Positions 24,884 to 38,362 of a stretch of DNA of 64,000 nt are shown piece after piece. Source of the stretch: Chiloscyllium plagiosum (lineage: Eukaryota); the NCBI RefSeq assembly GCF_004010195.1, contig NC_057750.1:9744062-9808061 (forward strand), read 5' to 3'. The position numbers were made by a program, and so were the translations under genes. Numbering within the stretch: position 1 is the first letter of the stretch; each line of letters opens with the position of its first letter. The notes under the pieces are model-generated. The model saw nothing but the letters and a program-made list of their open reading frames with translations, did not search any database and was not told the origin of the DNA.

Positions 24884-25264
24884 TGACAGCTAGACATGAG
24901 GCGTTCTGTCCTCAAAACCCAATTTGCCTGTGATGCCTCACACAGCCAAACAACTCCTTGATCCAGACAGCCCCCAAGACTCATTTGAAATAACTCTCCC
25001 TCGAATCCTCCCTGAATGGAGCAGCCGAAGCAGGGTCACAACACTACAACCAGGGACTGGTGTGTTTTAGGCCCCAGTGGTCAGGTGAATGGGGGGTGAT
25101 GAGAAGGGAGGTGATTCAGGGGTATCTCTGGGGTAGCTCAGGTAATGGGAGGGTCAGAGGAGACCACCCACCCCGTCCCCCAACTCAGACAAATTACTCT
25201 CCTGTCTCAGAGACTACAAGCAGTTCCTGGTGGGTGATGATTGAGTGTATTTAAGACAGAGATA

Positions 25265-25722
25265 GATAGATTAGATTCCCCGCAGTATGGAAACAGGCCC
25301 TTCGGCCCAACAAGTCCACACCGACCCTCCGAAGAGTAACCCACCCAGACCCATTCTCCTACCCCTGCATTTACCCCTGACTAATGCACCTAACACTGTG
25401 AGCGATTTAGGAGAAATTGAGGACTGCAGATGCTGGGGATCAGAGTCGAGAGAGTGGTGCTGGAAAAGCACAGCAGGTCAGGCAGCATCCGAGGAGCAGG
25501 AAAAATCAATGTTTCGGGCAGGAGCCCTTTATGGGCAATTTAGCATGACCAATCCATCTAACTTGCACATATTTGGACTGTGGGAGTAAACCAGAGCACC
25601 CGGAGGAAACTCATGCAGACACGGAGAGAATGTGCAAACTCCACAGACAGTCGCCCAAAGCTGGAATTGAACCTGGGTCCCTGGCACTGGGAGGCAGCAG
25701 TGCTAACCACTGTGCCACCGTG
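25265..25722 (-). mobile_element. HE1 SINE with a PLE terminal fragment inserted at about 25405-25530
   Basis: HE1 breaks at cctaacactg and resumes at atgggcaatttagc. Confidence 0.85.
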
Positions 25723-25867
25723 ATAGGTTCGTGATTGTCAAGGAGGCCAAGGGTTATGGGGAGAAGGCGGGAGAATGGGGATGAGGAACATATCAGCCAT
25801 GATCGAATGGTGGAGCAGACTCGATGGGCTGAATAGCCTAACTTCTGCTGCTATGTCTTACGGTCAC

Positions 25868-26720
25868 TGACAATCTGTCCTGGTCCACCCACATGGACAT
25901 GATGGTCAAGTAAGCACAATAATGTTTCTACTTTCCTCAGGAGGGTAAGGAAATTCGGCACGTCCACAAGGACTCTTGCCAATTTTTATAAATACACCAT
26001 AGAAAGCATCCTGTCTGGTTGCATCACGGCTTGGTGCAGCAACTGCTCTGCCCAGGACTGTAACAAACTACAGAGAGTCTTGAACATAGCCCAGTCCATC
26101 ACACAAACCAACCTTCCACCCACTGACTCCATCTACACTTCCAACATCATCAAAGACCCCTCCCACTCCTGTTATATTGCCCTCTGTTGGACAGCAGTTG
26201 TAAAATCAAACCGATAGATTCAAGAACAGCTACTTCCCCGCTGTTATCAGACTTCTGAATGGACCTCTCAAATTTTAAATTCAATATTGATCTCACTCTC
26301 CATGTGCCTTTTCTGCAGCTGTAACATTGTATTCCTTGCTCTGTGCTGTCTTTGTATTGTATGATCTGCCTGTACAAACCTCACAGCACCAGGATCCTGG
26401 GTTCAATTCCCACCTCAGGCAACTGTCTGTGTGGAGTTTGCACATTCTCCTCATGTCTGTGTGGGTTTCCTCCGGGTGCTACGGTTTCCTCCCACAGTCC
26501 AAAGATGTGCAGGTCAGGTGAATTGGCCATGCTAAATTGCCCATAGTGTTAGGTGCATTAGTCAGGGGTAAATGTAGAGGAATGAATCTGGGTGAGTTGC
26601 TCTTCAGAGGGTTGGTGCAGACTTGTTGGGCCGAAGGGCCTGTTTCCACACTGTAGGGAATCTAATCTAATCAAACCCTTTCACAGTACCTCGGTACACG
26701 GGACAGCAATAAATCAATCG
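25868..26720 (+). mobile_element. Degenerate Rex1/Babar 3' fragment, interrupted by HE1 at about 26380-26672
   Basis: tacaccatagaaagcatcctgtctggttgcatcacggcttgg (TIESILSGCITAW); tail ttcacagtacctcggtacacgggacagcaataaa. Confidence 0.8.
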
Positions 26721-26815
26721 TGTGGAAGTTGGGTCTTCTCGTGGTTGTAATTTCTGACTCTCCCTTCCCATCCCCCGACTCCCTTCCCAGCCCCTCCCCC
26801 TCCCTCCCCATCCTC

Positions 26816-27478
26816 GTGTTCCCCCAGCCTCCTGCCTGTCCGTCCTGATGCTGCCTGCCTTGCTGTGTTCCCCCAGCCTCCTGCCTGTCCGTCCTGATGC
26901 TGCCTGCCTTGCTGTGTTCCCCCAGCCTCCTGCCTGTCCGTCCTGATGCTGCCTGCCTTGCTGTGTTCCCCCAGCCTCCTGCCTGTCCGTCCTGATGCTG
27001 CCTGCCTTGCTGTGTTCCCCCAGCCTCCTGCCTGTCCGTCCTGATGCTGCCTGCCTTGCTGTGTTCCCCCAGCCTCCTGCCTGTCCGTCCTGATGCTGCC
27101 TGCCTTGCTGTGTTCCCCCAGCCTCCTGCCTGTCCGTCCTGATGCTGCCTGCCTTGCTGTGTTCCCCCAGCCTCCTGCCTGTCCGTCCTGATGCTGCCTG
27201 CCTTGCTGTGTTCCCCCAGCCTCCTGCCTGTCCGTCCTGATGCTGCCTGCCTTGCTGTGTTCCCCCAGCCTCCTGCCTGTCCGTCCTGATGCTGCCTGCC
27301 TTGCTGTGTTCCCCCAGCCTCCTGCCTGTCCGTCCTGATGCTGCCTGCCTTGCTGTGTTCCCCCAGCCTCCTGCCTGTCCCTCCTGATGCTGCCTGCCTT
27401 GCTGTGTTCCCCCAGCCTCCTGCCTGTCCCTCCTGATGCTGCCTGCCTTGCTGTGTTCCCCCAGCCTCCTGCCTGTCC
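26816..27478. repeat. 49-bp minisatellite (about 13.5 near-identical units) derived from a PLE terminus
   Basis: Unit cccccagcctcctgcctgtccgtcctgatgctgcctgccttgctgtgtt. Confidence 0.95.
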
Positions 27479-27789
27479 ACCTTGGGCAAGCTGCTATAAA
27501 AGGTAACATAGGGAATGGCCAGACATTGGTGGAGGGAGAAATATCGACGAGGACGTTGGGCAGAGCTCCCCTGTTTGTGGGATTTCTTTTATCTCCAACT
27601 TTGAAGCTAATATCTAAGGCTGTGGTTCCAGCAACGTTCCCTCAGAGGGCTATGGGTTTGTGATTTTATCTTCCTGCAGGGCAGCGACAGAGGGAAGACT
27701 TTTGAACTTTTCTCAGGTAGATTTAGAGAAACTCTTGACTGACCAGACAGTCAAAGGGACAGAAACGTGATTTAAAAGTGTAGGGGCAG

Positions 27790-28390
27790 AAAAGTGACAA
27801 TGGAGGCCACACTCGGGCCAGTCACTTGCCTGTTTTCCTCCTCCCTCCTCAGTATCCAAGGGCCCAAACACACCTTCCAGGTGAGGCAGCACTTGCCCAA
27901 CCCCTTCACTCATCTACTGTATTCGCTACTCACAGCGTGGTCTCCTCTGCACTGGGGAAAACACAGTGTAGACTGGGTGACCGTCTCACAGAACACCGAT
28001 GTTCTATCCACAAAACAAAGACCTGAGCTTCCCGTTGCCTGCCCCATTAACACCCCACTCTGGCCAATATCTCTGTCTCGGGCTTGCTGGAATGCTCCAG
28101 TGATGCTCAGTGCAAGCTGGAAGAACAGCACCTCATTTTCCATTTGGGAACTCTATACCCTTCGGGGCTCAATATCGAGTTAGGGCTTGAGGAACCGTTT
28201 CCCATGTCCTTGCCCCAACCCCAATACACCAAGCCTTTTCATCACATGGTCTGCTGTCACGCACAACCCATTCTTAGCCGCTACCAGTCTCCCTTAACAG
28301 CTGGACACCCTCCTAGCTGGATCATTGTCCAGTCCTTTGTCTGTCCAACTGTTCTTCTCTCTCCCTCTGGGCTCTATTCCTACCAAGGAT
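27790..28390 (+). mobile_element. Degenerate PLE GIY-YIG endonuclease region
   Basis: Frameshifted QGPKHTFQVRQ..GKTQCRLGDRLTEH..ELPVAC..CKLEEQHLIFHLGTLYPSGLNIE. Confidence 0.8.
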
Positions 28391-28394
28391 AGAA

Positions 28395-28860
28395 TAGGAT
28401 TATAGAATAGAATCCCTACAGTGTGGAAACAGTGACGCAACAGGTCCACCCAGACCCATTCTCCTCCAACTCTACATTTACCCCTGACTAATGCACCTAA
28501 CCTACACATCCCTGAACACTATGGGGCAATTTACCATGGCCGATCCATCCTAACCTGCACAGCCCTGAACACTATGGGGTAATTTAGCATGACCAATTCA
28601 CCCTAACCTACACATCCCTGAACACTATGGGGTAATTTAGCACGGCCAATCCACCCTAACCTACACATCCCTGAACACTATGGGGTAATTTAACATGGCC
28701 GATCCATCCTAACCTGCACATTCCTGAACACTATGGATAATTTAGCATGGCCAATCCACCCTAACCTGCACATCCCTGAACACTATGGGCAATTTAGCAT
28801 AACCAATTCACTCTAGCCTACACATCCCTGAACACTGTGGATAATTTAACATGGCTAACT
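28395..28860 (-). repeat. HE1 3' half with its 53-bp central unit expanded to about 7 copies
   Basis: Unit ccctgaacactatggggtaatttagcatggccaatccaccctaacctgcacat. Confidence 0.9.
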
Positions 28861-29899
28861 CAGCTATCATTCACTCCTCACTGCCTCCCCCAATCCTGTC
28901 TTCTGCACCTATTCCTAGCTACCATCGGTTCCGAGGAAATGTCACTGGACCCAACATGTCAACTACAATTTCTCTCCACTGAGCTTTCCCAGCAATTTCC
29001 ATTTTTGTTTCCAATCATTCATGAAACCAAGTCTCAAAAGGGGCCGAATGGCCAGGTTGGCTCCCATGTTTGTTTGTACCCTGTGTGCGGCTATCAGCCT
29101 GTCTTATGGAGTGAGACCAACCTGAGGCGGGGGGTGGGCAGGGTGGGGTGGAATGATAGATGGAGACACTGAGCCACAACCAGATCCAGAAAAAATAAAT
29201 AGGCATTTAAATGGAAAACTAAAATTCTTATCCAAGGTCGAAGTTGAAAAATGTCGCAGCAAATGATACTGAGCCGAAGCTCAAGGAGGATCTAATCATC
29301 AAATTCATTTCGTTCAAAAGCAACAATCAGAGCTGGAGGCTACTGATGAGAAGGCCAGCAGAACACGCCAGGAGTAATCCAACCAACACCGAGAGAGAGG
29401 CAGAGCTAGAATATTAACACTTATAAAAGCCCCCTGTATTCGGCTCACGAGGCAAATCAGGTTCGATTTCTCAAAATTCGGGTGAATGATCCAATTTCCT
29501 CATCGTGCCCGAGTGAGACAATATTGAGGAGTGAAGATAAGGCTTTCCCATCAGCACCTCACCTTAACCCATTCAGACTTTCTGACTTGCTGCTCACGTC
29601 GTTCACCCACTTGGGCCACCATCAGTGCGGACTTGGCACGTTCTGCCCGCGTCTGCGTGGGTTTTCCCCCCTCCAGGTTCTCCAAAGATGTGCAGGTTAG
29701 GGTGGATGGGCCATATTAAATTGCCCCATAATGTTCAGGGATATGCAGGCTAGGTAGGTTAGCCATGGTGGTGGGGGGGGGAGGTGGTGAGGGTGCTCTT
29801 TGGAGGGACGGTGTCGACTCTGTGGGCGGAATGGCCTGCTTCCACACTGTAGGGATTCTCTGATCCATGTTGCATGTCTCGATGACCCAAAGGCACTCA

Positions 29900-30395
29900 G
29901 ATGCCCTTTCCACAGTTCTGGTCACCTCATCATATGGAGGATGTAGATGCTTTAGAGAGGGTGCAGATGGCATGTCTTATGAAGAAAGGTTGAGGGAGCT
30001 AGGAGTTTTCTCATTGGAGTGAAGAAGAATGAGAGGTGACTTGATAGAGGTGTACAAGATGTTGAGAGGGATAGATAGATTGGATAGCCAGAGACATTTT
30101 CCCAGGGTAGAATTGGTTATCACGAGGGGGGATAATTTTAAGATGATTGGAGGAAGGTGTTGGGGAGATGTCAGAGGTAGGTTCTTTACACAGAGAGTGG
30201 TGGGTGTGTGGAATGCACTGCCAGCGGTGGGAGTGGAGTCAGAGACATTAGGGACATTTAAGCAACTTTTGGATAGGCACCTGGATGAGAGTAAAATGAA
30301 GGGTTAGTTTGATCTTAGAGTAGGATAAAAGGTCAGCACAACATCGAGGGCCGAAGGGCCTGTACTGTGCTGTACGGTTCTGTGTGACATGTTCT
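29900..30395 (+). mobile_element. CR1-type LINE 3' fragment
   Basis: MRGDLIEVYKMLRGIDR..FFTQRVVGVWNALP. Confidence 0.9.
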
Positions 30396-30550
30396 ATTTC
30401 CGAATGATTGGTAAATGTGTTAAATTCCATTGGAATGACTCACTCTGGAGGGCGGCTCAGCTAAAATACAGCCTAAACGTAAAGATCTGTTTCACTCCAA
30501 TTTTTCAGTTGGGCATCTTTGAAAACCCAAACTGGACTCTAAGCTGCGAT

Positions 30551-30798
30551 TGAGAAAGTGAGGACTGCAGATGCTGGAGGTCAGAGTCGAGAGTGTGTGG
30601 TGCTGGAAAAGCACAGCAGGTCAGGCAGCATCCGAGGAGCAGGAGAATCAACATCTCGGGCATCAGCCCTTCATCAGGAATTGGTCAGTGCGTTGAGTAC
30701 AGGAGTTGGGACATCACGCTGCGGCTGATGAAGGGCCTATGCCCGAAATCTGCCGCCTGACCTGCTGTGCTTTTTCCAGCACCACACTCTCAACTCTC
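30551..30798. mobile_element. Inverted PLE terminal insertion with a CR1-derived central spacer
   Basis: The two arms are reverse complements; see findings. Confidence 0.75.
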
Positions 30799-31589
30799 AG
30801 CTGCTATGGCACTTTGCTGTTGGGAGTGGCATTTTGCCAGGCATGGCAGCAGCGTCGGTCGCTCTCTGGCAGACTGTGTGGAGTCGGTCAGTAACTGATT
30901 TAATACGAACCCTGCCACTTTGCAGTTCAACGCTCACCTCTTACTCACAAATGGCCAACTCTGTGTGCAACAGCAGGAAGGATGCCCCCTCTGTGTTATT
31001 CTAAATGGATCATCAACATGGCAATGTGGGAGGAGGCCATTCGGCCCGTCGAGCCTGGTCCGCCATGCAATACAATCATGGCTGATCATTCAGCTCAGTC
31101 CCCCTTGTCCCTGCTTCCTCCCCTCACACCCTTCGATCCCATTAGCCCTAAGAATTCAAAGTAACTTCTCCTTGAAACCATTCAATGCTTCAGCCATGAC
31201 CGCTTTCTGGGGGATGACGTTTCCCCTTCTCTCAGCCCTAACCCGGATCCTTAGACTGTGACTCCCTGTTTCTGGACTCCCCTGGTCATCAGGAACATCC
31301 TATCTGTGTTTGCCCTGCTTAGTCCTGTTAGAATTTTATCAATTTCTATGAGCTTCCACCCCTCTCCCCCCACCATTCTTCCAAACCCCAGTGATTATGA
31401 TAGGACTAGAATAGTTAAGTGGTTGTTTTTGACTAGTACGGACTCAATGGGCCGAAGAGCCTTTTTCTGAGCTGTAATACAGTCCCGACCTGATCCAGTC
31501 TCTCTCCATACCTCAGTCCCGCCATCCTAGGCCTGGGAAACCTTCGCTGCTCTCCCTCCAACACCAGAACATCCTTCCTCAGCTGAAGG

Positions 31590-31940
31590 GTGGCATAGTG
31601 GCTCAGACGTTGGCACTGCCGCCTCATAGCACCAGGGACCTGGGTTTGATTCTACCCTTGGGCCTATGTCTGTGTGGAGTGTGTACATTCTCCCCCCGTG
31701 TCTGCGTGGGTTTCCTCTGGATGCTCCAGTTTCTCCCCACAGTCCAAAGGTGTGCAGGTCAGGGTGGATTGGCCGTGCTAAATTGCCCATTGTGTTCAGG
31801 GATGTGTAGGTTAGGTGCATTCGTCAGGGATAAATATAGGGTAGGTGAATGGGTCTGGGTGGATTACTCTTCAGAGGGTCAGTATGGACCTGTTGGGCCG
31901 AAGGGCCTGTTTCCACACTGTGGGGGATCTATTATTCTAT
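31590..31940 (+). mobile_element. HE1 SINE
   Basis: Head, V-domain and tail. Confidence 0.85.
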
Positions 31941-32394
31941 TCCAAGAGACCAAATCTGCACACAGTACCCCAGGTGCAAGGCCCCATACACAACATGCCT
32001 GCTCCTGGACTCAAAAGCCTCTCATTTTGAAGGGTTTACTGCTGATTTATCACTTCAAAGTTGCAATGAAGGAAGGGGATGGCCTTGCAAGGGGTACTGT
32101 CACTGCACTAATCATCCAAAGACCCAGGCTAATGGGAACCTGGGGACCACAGCGGTTCACATTCCATTTTCAAAATCTGGAATTTATCCGATTCCCGGCA
32201 GATTGTTGTGGAAACCCTAACGGGTTCACGAATATCCTTCAGAGAAGGAAATCTGCCATCCTTATCCGGTCTGGCCTACACGTGACCTCCAGTCTTAACC
32301 ACCCTCTGAAGTGGCCAAGCAGTTCAAGGGCAATTAGGGATGAGCCATGAGCTTCGTCAGCCCACAGCCTTGAAAGAATAAATTTCAAATGCGT

Positions 32395-33230
32395 GGACTG
32401 TCAGTGGCTCACACTGCTGCCTCACAGCACCAGGGACTCGGGTTCGATCCCAGCCTCGGGTGACTATCTGTATGGACTCGGCATGCTCTCTACGTGGATT
32501 TCCTCCAGGTGCTCCGGTTTCCTCCCACAGTCCGAAGATGTGAAGGTGGATTGACCACGCTAAATTGCCCACAGTGCCTAGTGATGATTAGATTAGATTC
32601 TCAAAGGTGTGGAAACAGGCCCTTCGGCCCAACCAGTGCATACCGACCCTCCAAAGAGTAACTCACCCAGACCCATTTCCCTCTGACTAATGCACCTAAC
32701 ACCATGGGCAATTTAGCATGGCAAGTTCACCTAACTTGCACATCTTTGGACTGTGGGAGGAAACACACACAAACACAGGGAGAATGTGCAAACTCCATAC
32801 AGACAATTGCCCGAGGCTGGAATTGAACCTGGGACCCTGGTACTGTGAGGCAGCAGTGCTAACCACTGAGCCACTGTGCTGCCGCGTGATATGCAGGTTA
32901 GGTGGGTTGGCCATGCTAAATTACCCACAGTGCCCGGGGATATGCAGGTTAGGGTGGGTTGGCCATGCTAAATTACCCATAGTGCCTAGGGATATGCAGG
33001 TTAGGGTGGATTGGCCATGTTAAATTACCCATAGTTCCCAGGGATGTGCAGGTTAGGGTGGGTTGGCCATGCTAAATTACCCCATAGTGCCCAGGAATGT
33101 GCAGGTTATGTGGGTTAACCATGAGGAATGGAATACAGGGATAGGCAGGCTGGGTCTGGGTGTAAAATGACTTTTGGAAGGTTGGTGTGGGCTGAATTGA
33201 CCTCCTTCCACACTGTGGGAATTCTGTGAC
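32395..33230. mobile_element. HE1 (+) with expanded 53-bp units, interrupted by HE1 (-) at about 32586-32885
   Basis: GTGAT direct repeats at 32581 and 32886 flank the inner copy. Confidence 0.85.
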
Positions 33231-33399
33231 TGGGTTTGGTTTTGTCTTCTTTGAATCAGCTGAAGCCCACACAGGGAGAGCCTGCACACAGCAGATGGTG
33301 AAGGACAATGGCTCCCACTGGCCAATTGCTGCCAGAAATGGGTGGCGGGTACATGTTTTCCAAGGAGATTGCGATGTGCTGAATAAGCAGAGGGTAAGA

Positions 33400-33950
33400 T
33401 AAACAACCTTGCGAAGCCTTTAGTGTTTTTTTTTTAAACTAGGTACAATAGCGGCAGGGGATGATCAGACTCCCACAGAAGCATGATTTTTAGTTTTAGC
33501 TTTCGGTGGTTATTGCTCGGGTCTCAGCAGGGTTGGAGGGCAGTGAATCTCTCCCAACTGCTGCACTCTGTCTGAATCATCTTTAGATGTTTCTTTCCTC
33601 CTGGATAGGAGAACCGCATGTGAGACAATCTGTGTGGGAATTTATCCTCTTTAGCCAAGGGCAAAATTGTTTATGGCATATTACTACATTGGAACAGTTA
33701 ATTAGTAATAGTTACTGTATCTATTATTCTGTTACGTTTTCCAACAAAGTTAAATTATTCTCAGTTCTTCCTTTTGTTGTATTTTAACTGTTTTTGAACA
33801 AATTGTGTTTTACTTCTCGTTGAGTTGTTCGGCCAGTCGAGTTGCATCTGGAACACAGCACCTTACATTTACCTTGAAAATAAGAAACAGTTGAGGATCT
33901 GGGCTTCCTTCTTAACATATTTTGAGGGGGTCTGGCCAGCTCTATAAGAC
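33400..33950 (+). mobile_element. Possible degenerate LTR
   Basis: LTR-like composition ending ttttgagggggtctggccagctctataa; termini and TSD not resolved. Confidence 0.35.
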
Positions 33951-34067
33951 CAGTCACTAACAGTCCCACAGGATTCCTTCGCTCCGTCACAACATCTGTT
34001 TAGCAAAAGCCAACCAAAAATAAACATTCCAAACCAGATTTATAAATTGAAGCATTCGTTTAAAGGA

Positions 34068-34798
34068 ATCAGAGTGAAAAAGTGTGGAAAAGCACGGCAG
34101 GTCAGGCAGCATCCAAGGAGCAGGAGTGATAGAGTCATAGAGATGTACAGCAAGGAAACAGACCCTTCGGTCCAACCCGTCCATGCCGACCAGATATCTC
34201 AACGCAATCTAGTCCCACCTGCCAGGACCCGGCCCATATCCCTCCAAACCCTTCCTATTCATATACCCATCCAAATGCCTCTTAAATGTTGCAATTGTAT
34301 CAGCCTCCACCACTTCCTCTGGCAGCTCATTCCATACACGTACCACCCTCTGCGTGAAAAAGTTCCCCCTCAGGTCCCTTTTCTATCTTTCCCCTCTCAC
34401 CCTAAACCTATGCTCTCTAGTTCTGGAATCCCCCACCCCAGGGAAAAGACTTTGCCTATTTATCCTATACATGCCCCTTCATGACTTTATAAACCTCTAT
34501 AAGGTCATCCCTCGGCCTCCGACGCTCCAGGGAAAACAGCCCCAGCCTGTTCAGCCTCTCGCTGTAGCTCAGATCCTCCAACCCTGGCAACATCCTTGTA
34601 AATCTTTTCTGAACCCTTTCAGGTTTCACAACATCTTTCCGATAGGAAGGAGACCAGAATTGCACGCAATATATGTCAACCTTTCGAGCATAAGCCCTTC
34701 ATCAGAAACATTCTTGATGAAGTTGACTCGAAACATTGACGCTCCTGTTCGTCGGATGCTGCCTGACTGGCTCTGATCTGCAGTCCTCACTTTCTCCC
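34068..34798. mobile_element. PLE terminal arms flanking a CR1 (-) fragment (34125-34670)
   Basis: CR1 QFWSPSYRKDVVKPERVQKRFTRMLPGL on the minus strand, lying between PLE repeat pieces. Confidence 0.75.
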
Positions 34799-35414
34799 AT
34801 GTAACTGAGTCACCCTCATCCATTCCCTTTGTGACTTGGTGACAGTAAGGAGATGCTGGATGACAGATTCAATAGATGTGAAGCTGGAAGAGCACAACAG
34901 CATCCGAGGAGCAGGAAGATCAACGTTTCACGGCTGAAATCCTTCAACAGGTCCCTCCATTCCCTTTGTGAGTGTCTCTTGTACCTGCTGATGGTCTCCA
35001 TTCCACAATACCTCCCCTCCGCTTTATCCCTCACTACCCCCTCCTCATGATCTCTCACCCACCCCACAGCGACCTTTCACCCATAACTATCTCTCCACCT
35101 TCACACACCTTCTCCCCCACTTCCCCCAGGGATCCCTCCCTCCAGAATTTTTTTCCCCTTCCCCCACCCTCCTGGCCACGACATTCCAGCAATACTCAGC
35201 TGGCACTGGCTGACACCTTTCCCCAGCCTCCCACTTCCCCCCCACCAACTCATTGTTTGTGGGATCTTGCTGTGCGGGAGGAAGCCAGCTGCCACTTTTA
35301 CAACACTCTACCCTTCAAATGAAAAAGTTGATTTTGTACATCACTCGGAGTCACCCTGAGATCACGGAAGGCGGTTTACAAATGTGAGTATTGACTTCTT
35401 TGTACAAAGTTTAA

Positions 35415-35620
35415 AAAAAATCACACAATACCAGGTTGTAGACCAACAGGTTTATTTGGAAGCACTAGCTTTCGGAGCGACGTTCCTTCATCAGGTGGTT
35501 GTGAAGGATCAGCGCTCGGAAAGCTAGTCCTTCCAATTAAACCTGTTGGACTATAACCTGGTGTTGTGTGATTTTTAACTTTGTAGACCTCAGTCCAACA
35601 CCGGCATCTCCAAATCATGA
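35415..35620. mobile_element. Inverted terminal insertion of PLE family 2, with a hammerhead core on the minus strand at 35463-35497
   Basis: aaaatcacaca..ccaggtt.tag.ccaacagg..ctagctttcggagc mirrored by gctcggaaagctag..cctgttggactataacctggtgttgtgtgattttt. Confidence 0.8.
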
Positions 35621-36872
35621 CTTCTTCGTAAGCTTTCTCCTTATGTTTCGAATCTGTATTCTGTTTATTGCAACGGGGGGGGAAAAAAATCACTTGCTCC
35701 AGAAAATGCTGTTAAAGCTTTAATGAAGTTGACATGTTTCTGCCCACAATTACAGACTTAAAGTGATCATAAATAATGATTATAAATGCGTTTAACTCAG
35801 AACGAAGGAAAGACAATAATATTTTCTTTATATATTCCCAGTAAATAATACTTCAACAATACCTGGCATCAGGAAACTGGAATAGGTTTCAAACAATTTC
35901 GGAAGGTTATTATTGACTTGACAGGTTTGAAAGAGCAGAAACAGAAAATTATAAACTCTTTCTCCAATCACACAGCTCAACGCTTCAGTAAGACCTGGTG
36001 CCAGATTATTCAATAAGGTTTCCACTAAACGTATGGAATCATAGAGTCACCCAGCACAGAAACAGACCCCTTCAGTCAAAACATTCTATGCCAATCTGAA
36101 TCCCAAACTAATCTAGTCCCTGCCTGCTCCTGACCCATATCCCTCCAAATCGTTCCTATTCATGTAATTAACCAAACACCATAATTATAACTGTATCCAC
36201 CACTTCCTCTGGAAGTTCATTCCAAATATGAACCACTCTCTGTATAAAATGTTTGCCCATCATGTCTTTTTTAAATTTTTCTCCTCTCAGCTTAAAGGTG
36301 TGCCCCCTATTCTTGAAATCCCCCCCCCATCCTGGGGAAAATACATCTACCATTAACTCTATGGATACCTCTCCCTGTACAGAATTGTACCGTACCAGAA
36401 CAGGCCATTCAGCCCATCAGAGTGGCACCATCAATGCTACATTAAACTTATCGCTAGAATGCTTAATCCAGAGATCCTAGCAGCATTCTGGGAACCTGGG
36501 TTCAAATCCTGCTACGGAATTTGAATTCAATGAAATATCCTGGAATTAGGATATGAATCTATTGCTGATTATTGGAAAATCCCATCTTATTCACTAATGT
36601 CCTTTAGGGAAGGAATCTGCCATCCTTACCTGGTGTGGCCTACATGTGACTCCTGACCCACAGCAATGGGGTTGGCTCTTTACTGCCCCTCTCTGGGCAA
36701 TTAAGGATGGGGCAATAAATGCTGGCCTGGCCGGTGACTCACATTCCTAATGAAGAGCTTATGCTTGAATCGTCGATTCTCCTGCTCCTCGGATACTGCC
36801 TGACTGGCTGTGCTTCTCCAGCACCGTACTTTTTGACTCTGATCTCCAGCATCTGCAGTCCTCACTTTCTCA

Positions 36873-37168
36873 AAGGATGTTGCCAGGGTTTGAGGGTTTG
36901 AGCTACGGAGGAGAGGCTGAATAGGCTGGGGCTGTTTTCCCTGGAGAGTCGGAGGCTGAGGGGTGACCTTATAGAGGTTTATAAAATCATGAGGGGCATG
37001 GATAGGATAAATAGACAAGGTCTTTTCCCTGGGGGTGGGGAGTCCAGAACTAGAGGGGCATAGGTTTATGGTGTGACGGGAAAGATATATAAGAGACCTA
37101 AGGGGCAACGTTTTCACACAGAGGGTGGTACGTGTATGGAATGAGCTGCCAGAGGAAGTGGTGAAGGC
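36873..37168 (+). mobile_element. CR1 fragment fused to a PLE terminus (36743-36872)
   Basis: ..ctcactttctc|aaaggatgttgccagggtttgag.. Confidence 0.8.
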
Positions 37169-38362
37169 GAGGATTCGACACAATGAAGTTTATGGGAAGG
37201 GGGTTTAATCATGTAGCATTTGTTTTCCTTATTTATTCATTGGACGTGGGGGGTGGGGGCATTGGCTGGGCCAGCATTTATTGCTCTGTCCCTAGTTGCC
37301 CCTTGAGAAGGTAGGGGTGAGCTGTCTTCTTGAACTGCTGCAGTCCATGTGCTGTGGGTTGGCCCACAGTGCCCTGAGGGAGGGAATTCCAGGATTCTGA
37401 CCCAGTGACACTAAAGGAAAGGCAAAAGTCAGGATGGTGAGTGGAGGGGAACTTGCAGGGGGTGGTGTTCCCATGTATCTGCTGCCCTTGTCCTGCTAGA
37501 TGGAAGTGGTTGTGGGTTCGGAAGGTGCTGTCTGAGGATCTTTGGTGAGTTTCCGCAGTGCATCTTGTAGATGGTACACACTGCTGCTACTGAGTGTCAG
37601 TGAGATGACGCTCATTTGGAGCTGTCGAGGATAAGAGGGAATGGAAAATTCTCGAAAGGTGCGTTTCTTTAAGATGGCTGCTATTTTCAGATTGCCTTCT
37701 GTGATTCTCCCATATAAATGTTTAAAAGTGGATCATTGCTTCTGCAATTTAAAAAAAAAATCGTTCCCTGATTTCAGAGTCTGATTGGCACAATTGAAGA
37801 CGGTGAGTAGAAATGTGCTGTTGCTTCTGAATAGCTTCGTTTAAATTTCAGATGTGACAATGAGAACATTGAGAGGTACTTATTCTTGATGACAAGGTGA
37901 CTGTGCCTGTCCTCAACAAATCAACGCTCATTTCTGACGTCAGTCCACAATCACAGTGACCAGCTCATCCACCCTGAGCACCCTCATCTAGATTGAATCC
38001 AACCCAGTCAGTAAGTTAATATCCTGATGGAAATGCACATTTAAATAATCCTAATACAAGTGAGACTTGGTTATATAAGTATTTTATAAGGCGGACTGCA
38101 AGGTGAACATTTTAAGTCTGTGAGGAGCCTCGGCACTTTTCATAGAATAACAAAGCCCAAAAGGAGGCCATTTGGCCCATCGTGTCTTTCAAAGGGCTAT
38201 CTGCTGGAAAACAGGCATCTACCTGTGGATATGTCCACAAAAAGCAGGAGAAATCCAGCGCAGCCAATGATTGTCCTATCAGTCAACTCTCGATCATCAG
38301 GAAAGTATTGGATGGATATTATGAAACTATCAAGTAGAATTTACTCGATAACAGCTGTCCTG

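Noticed and set aside
26667..27509. 272-280 aa repetitive ORFs
   Set aside because: Translation of the 49-bp minisatellite.
31598..32350. 250-aa ORF
   Set aside because: Chance read-through of HE1 and a second SINE.
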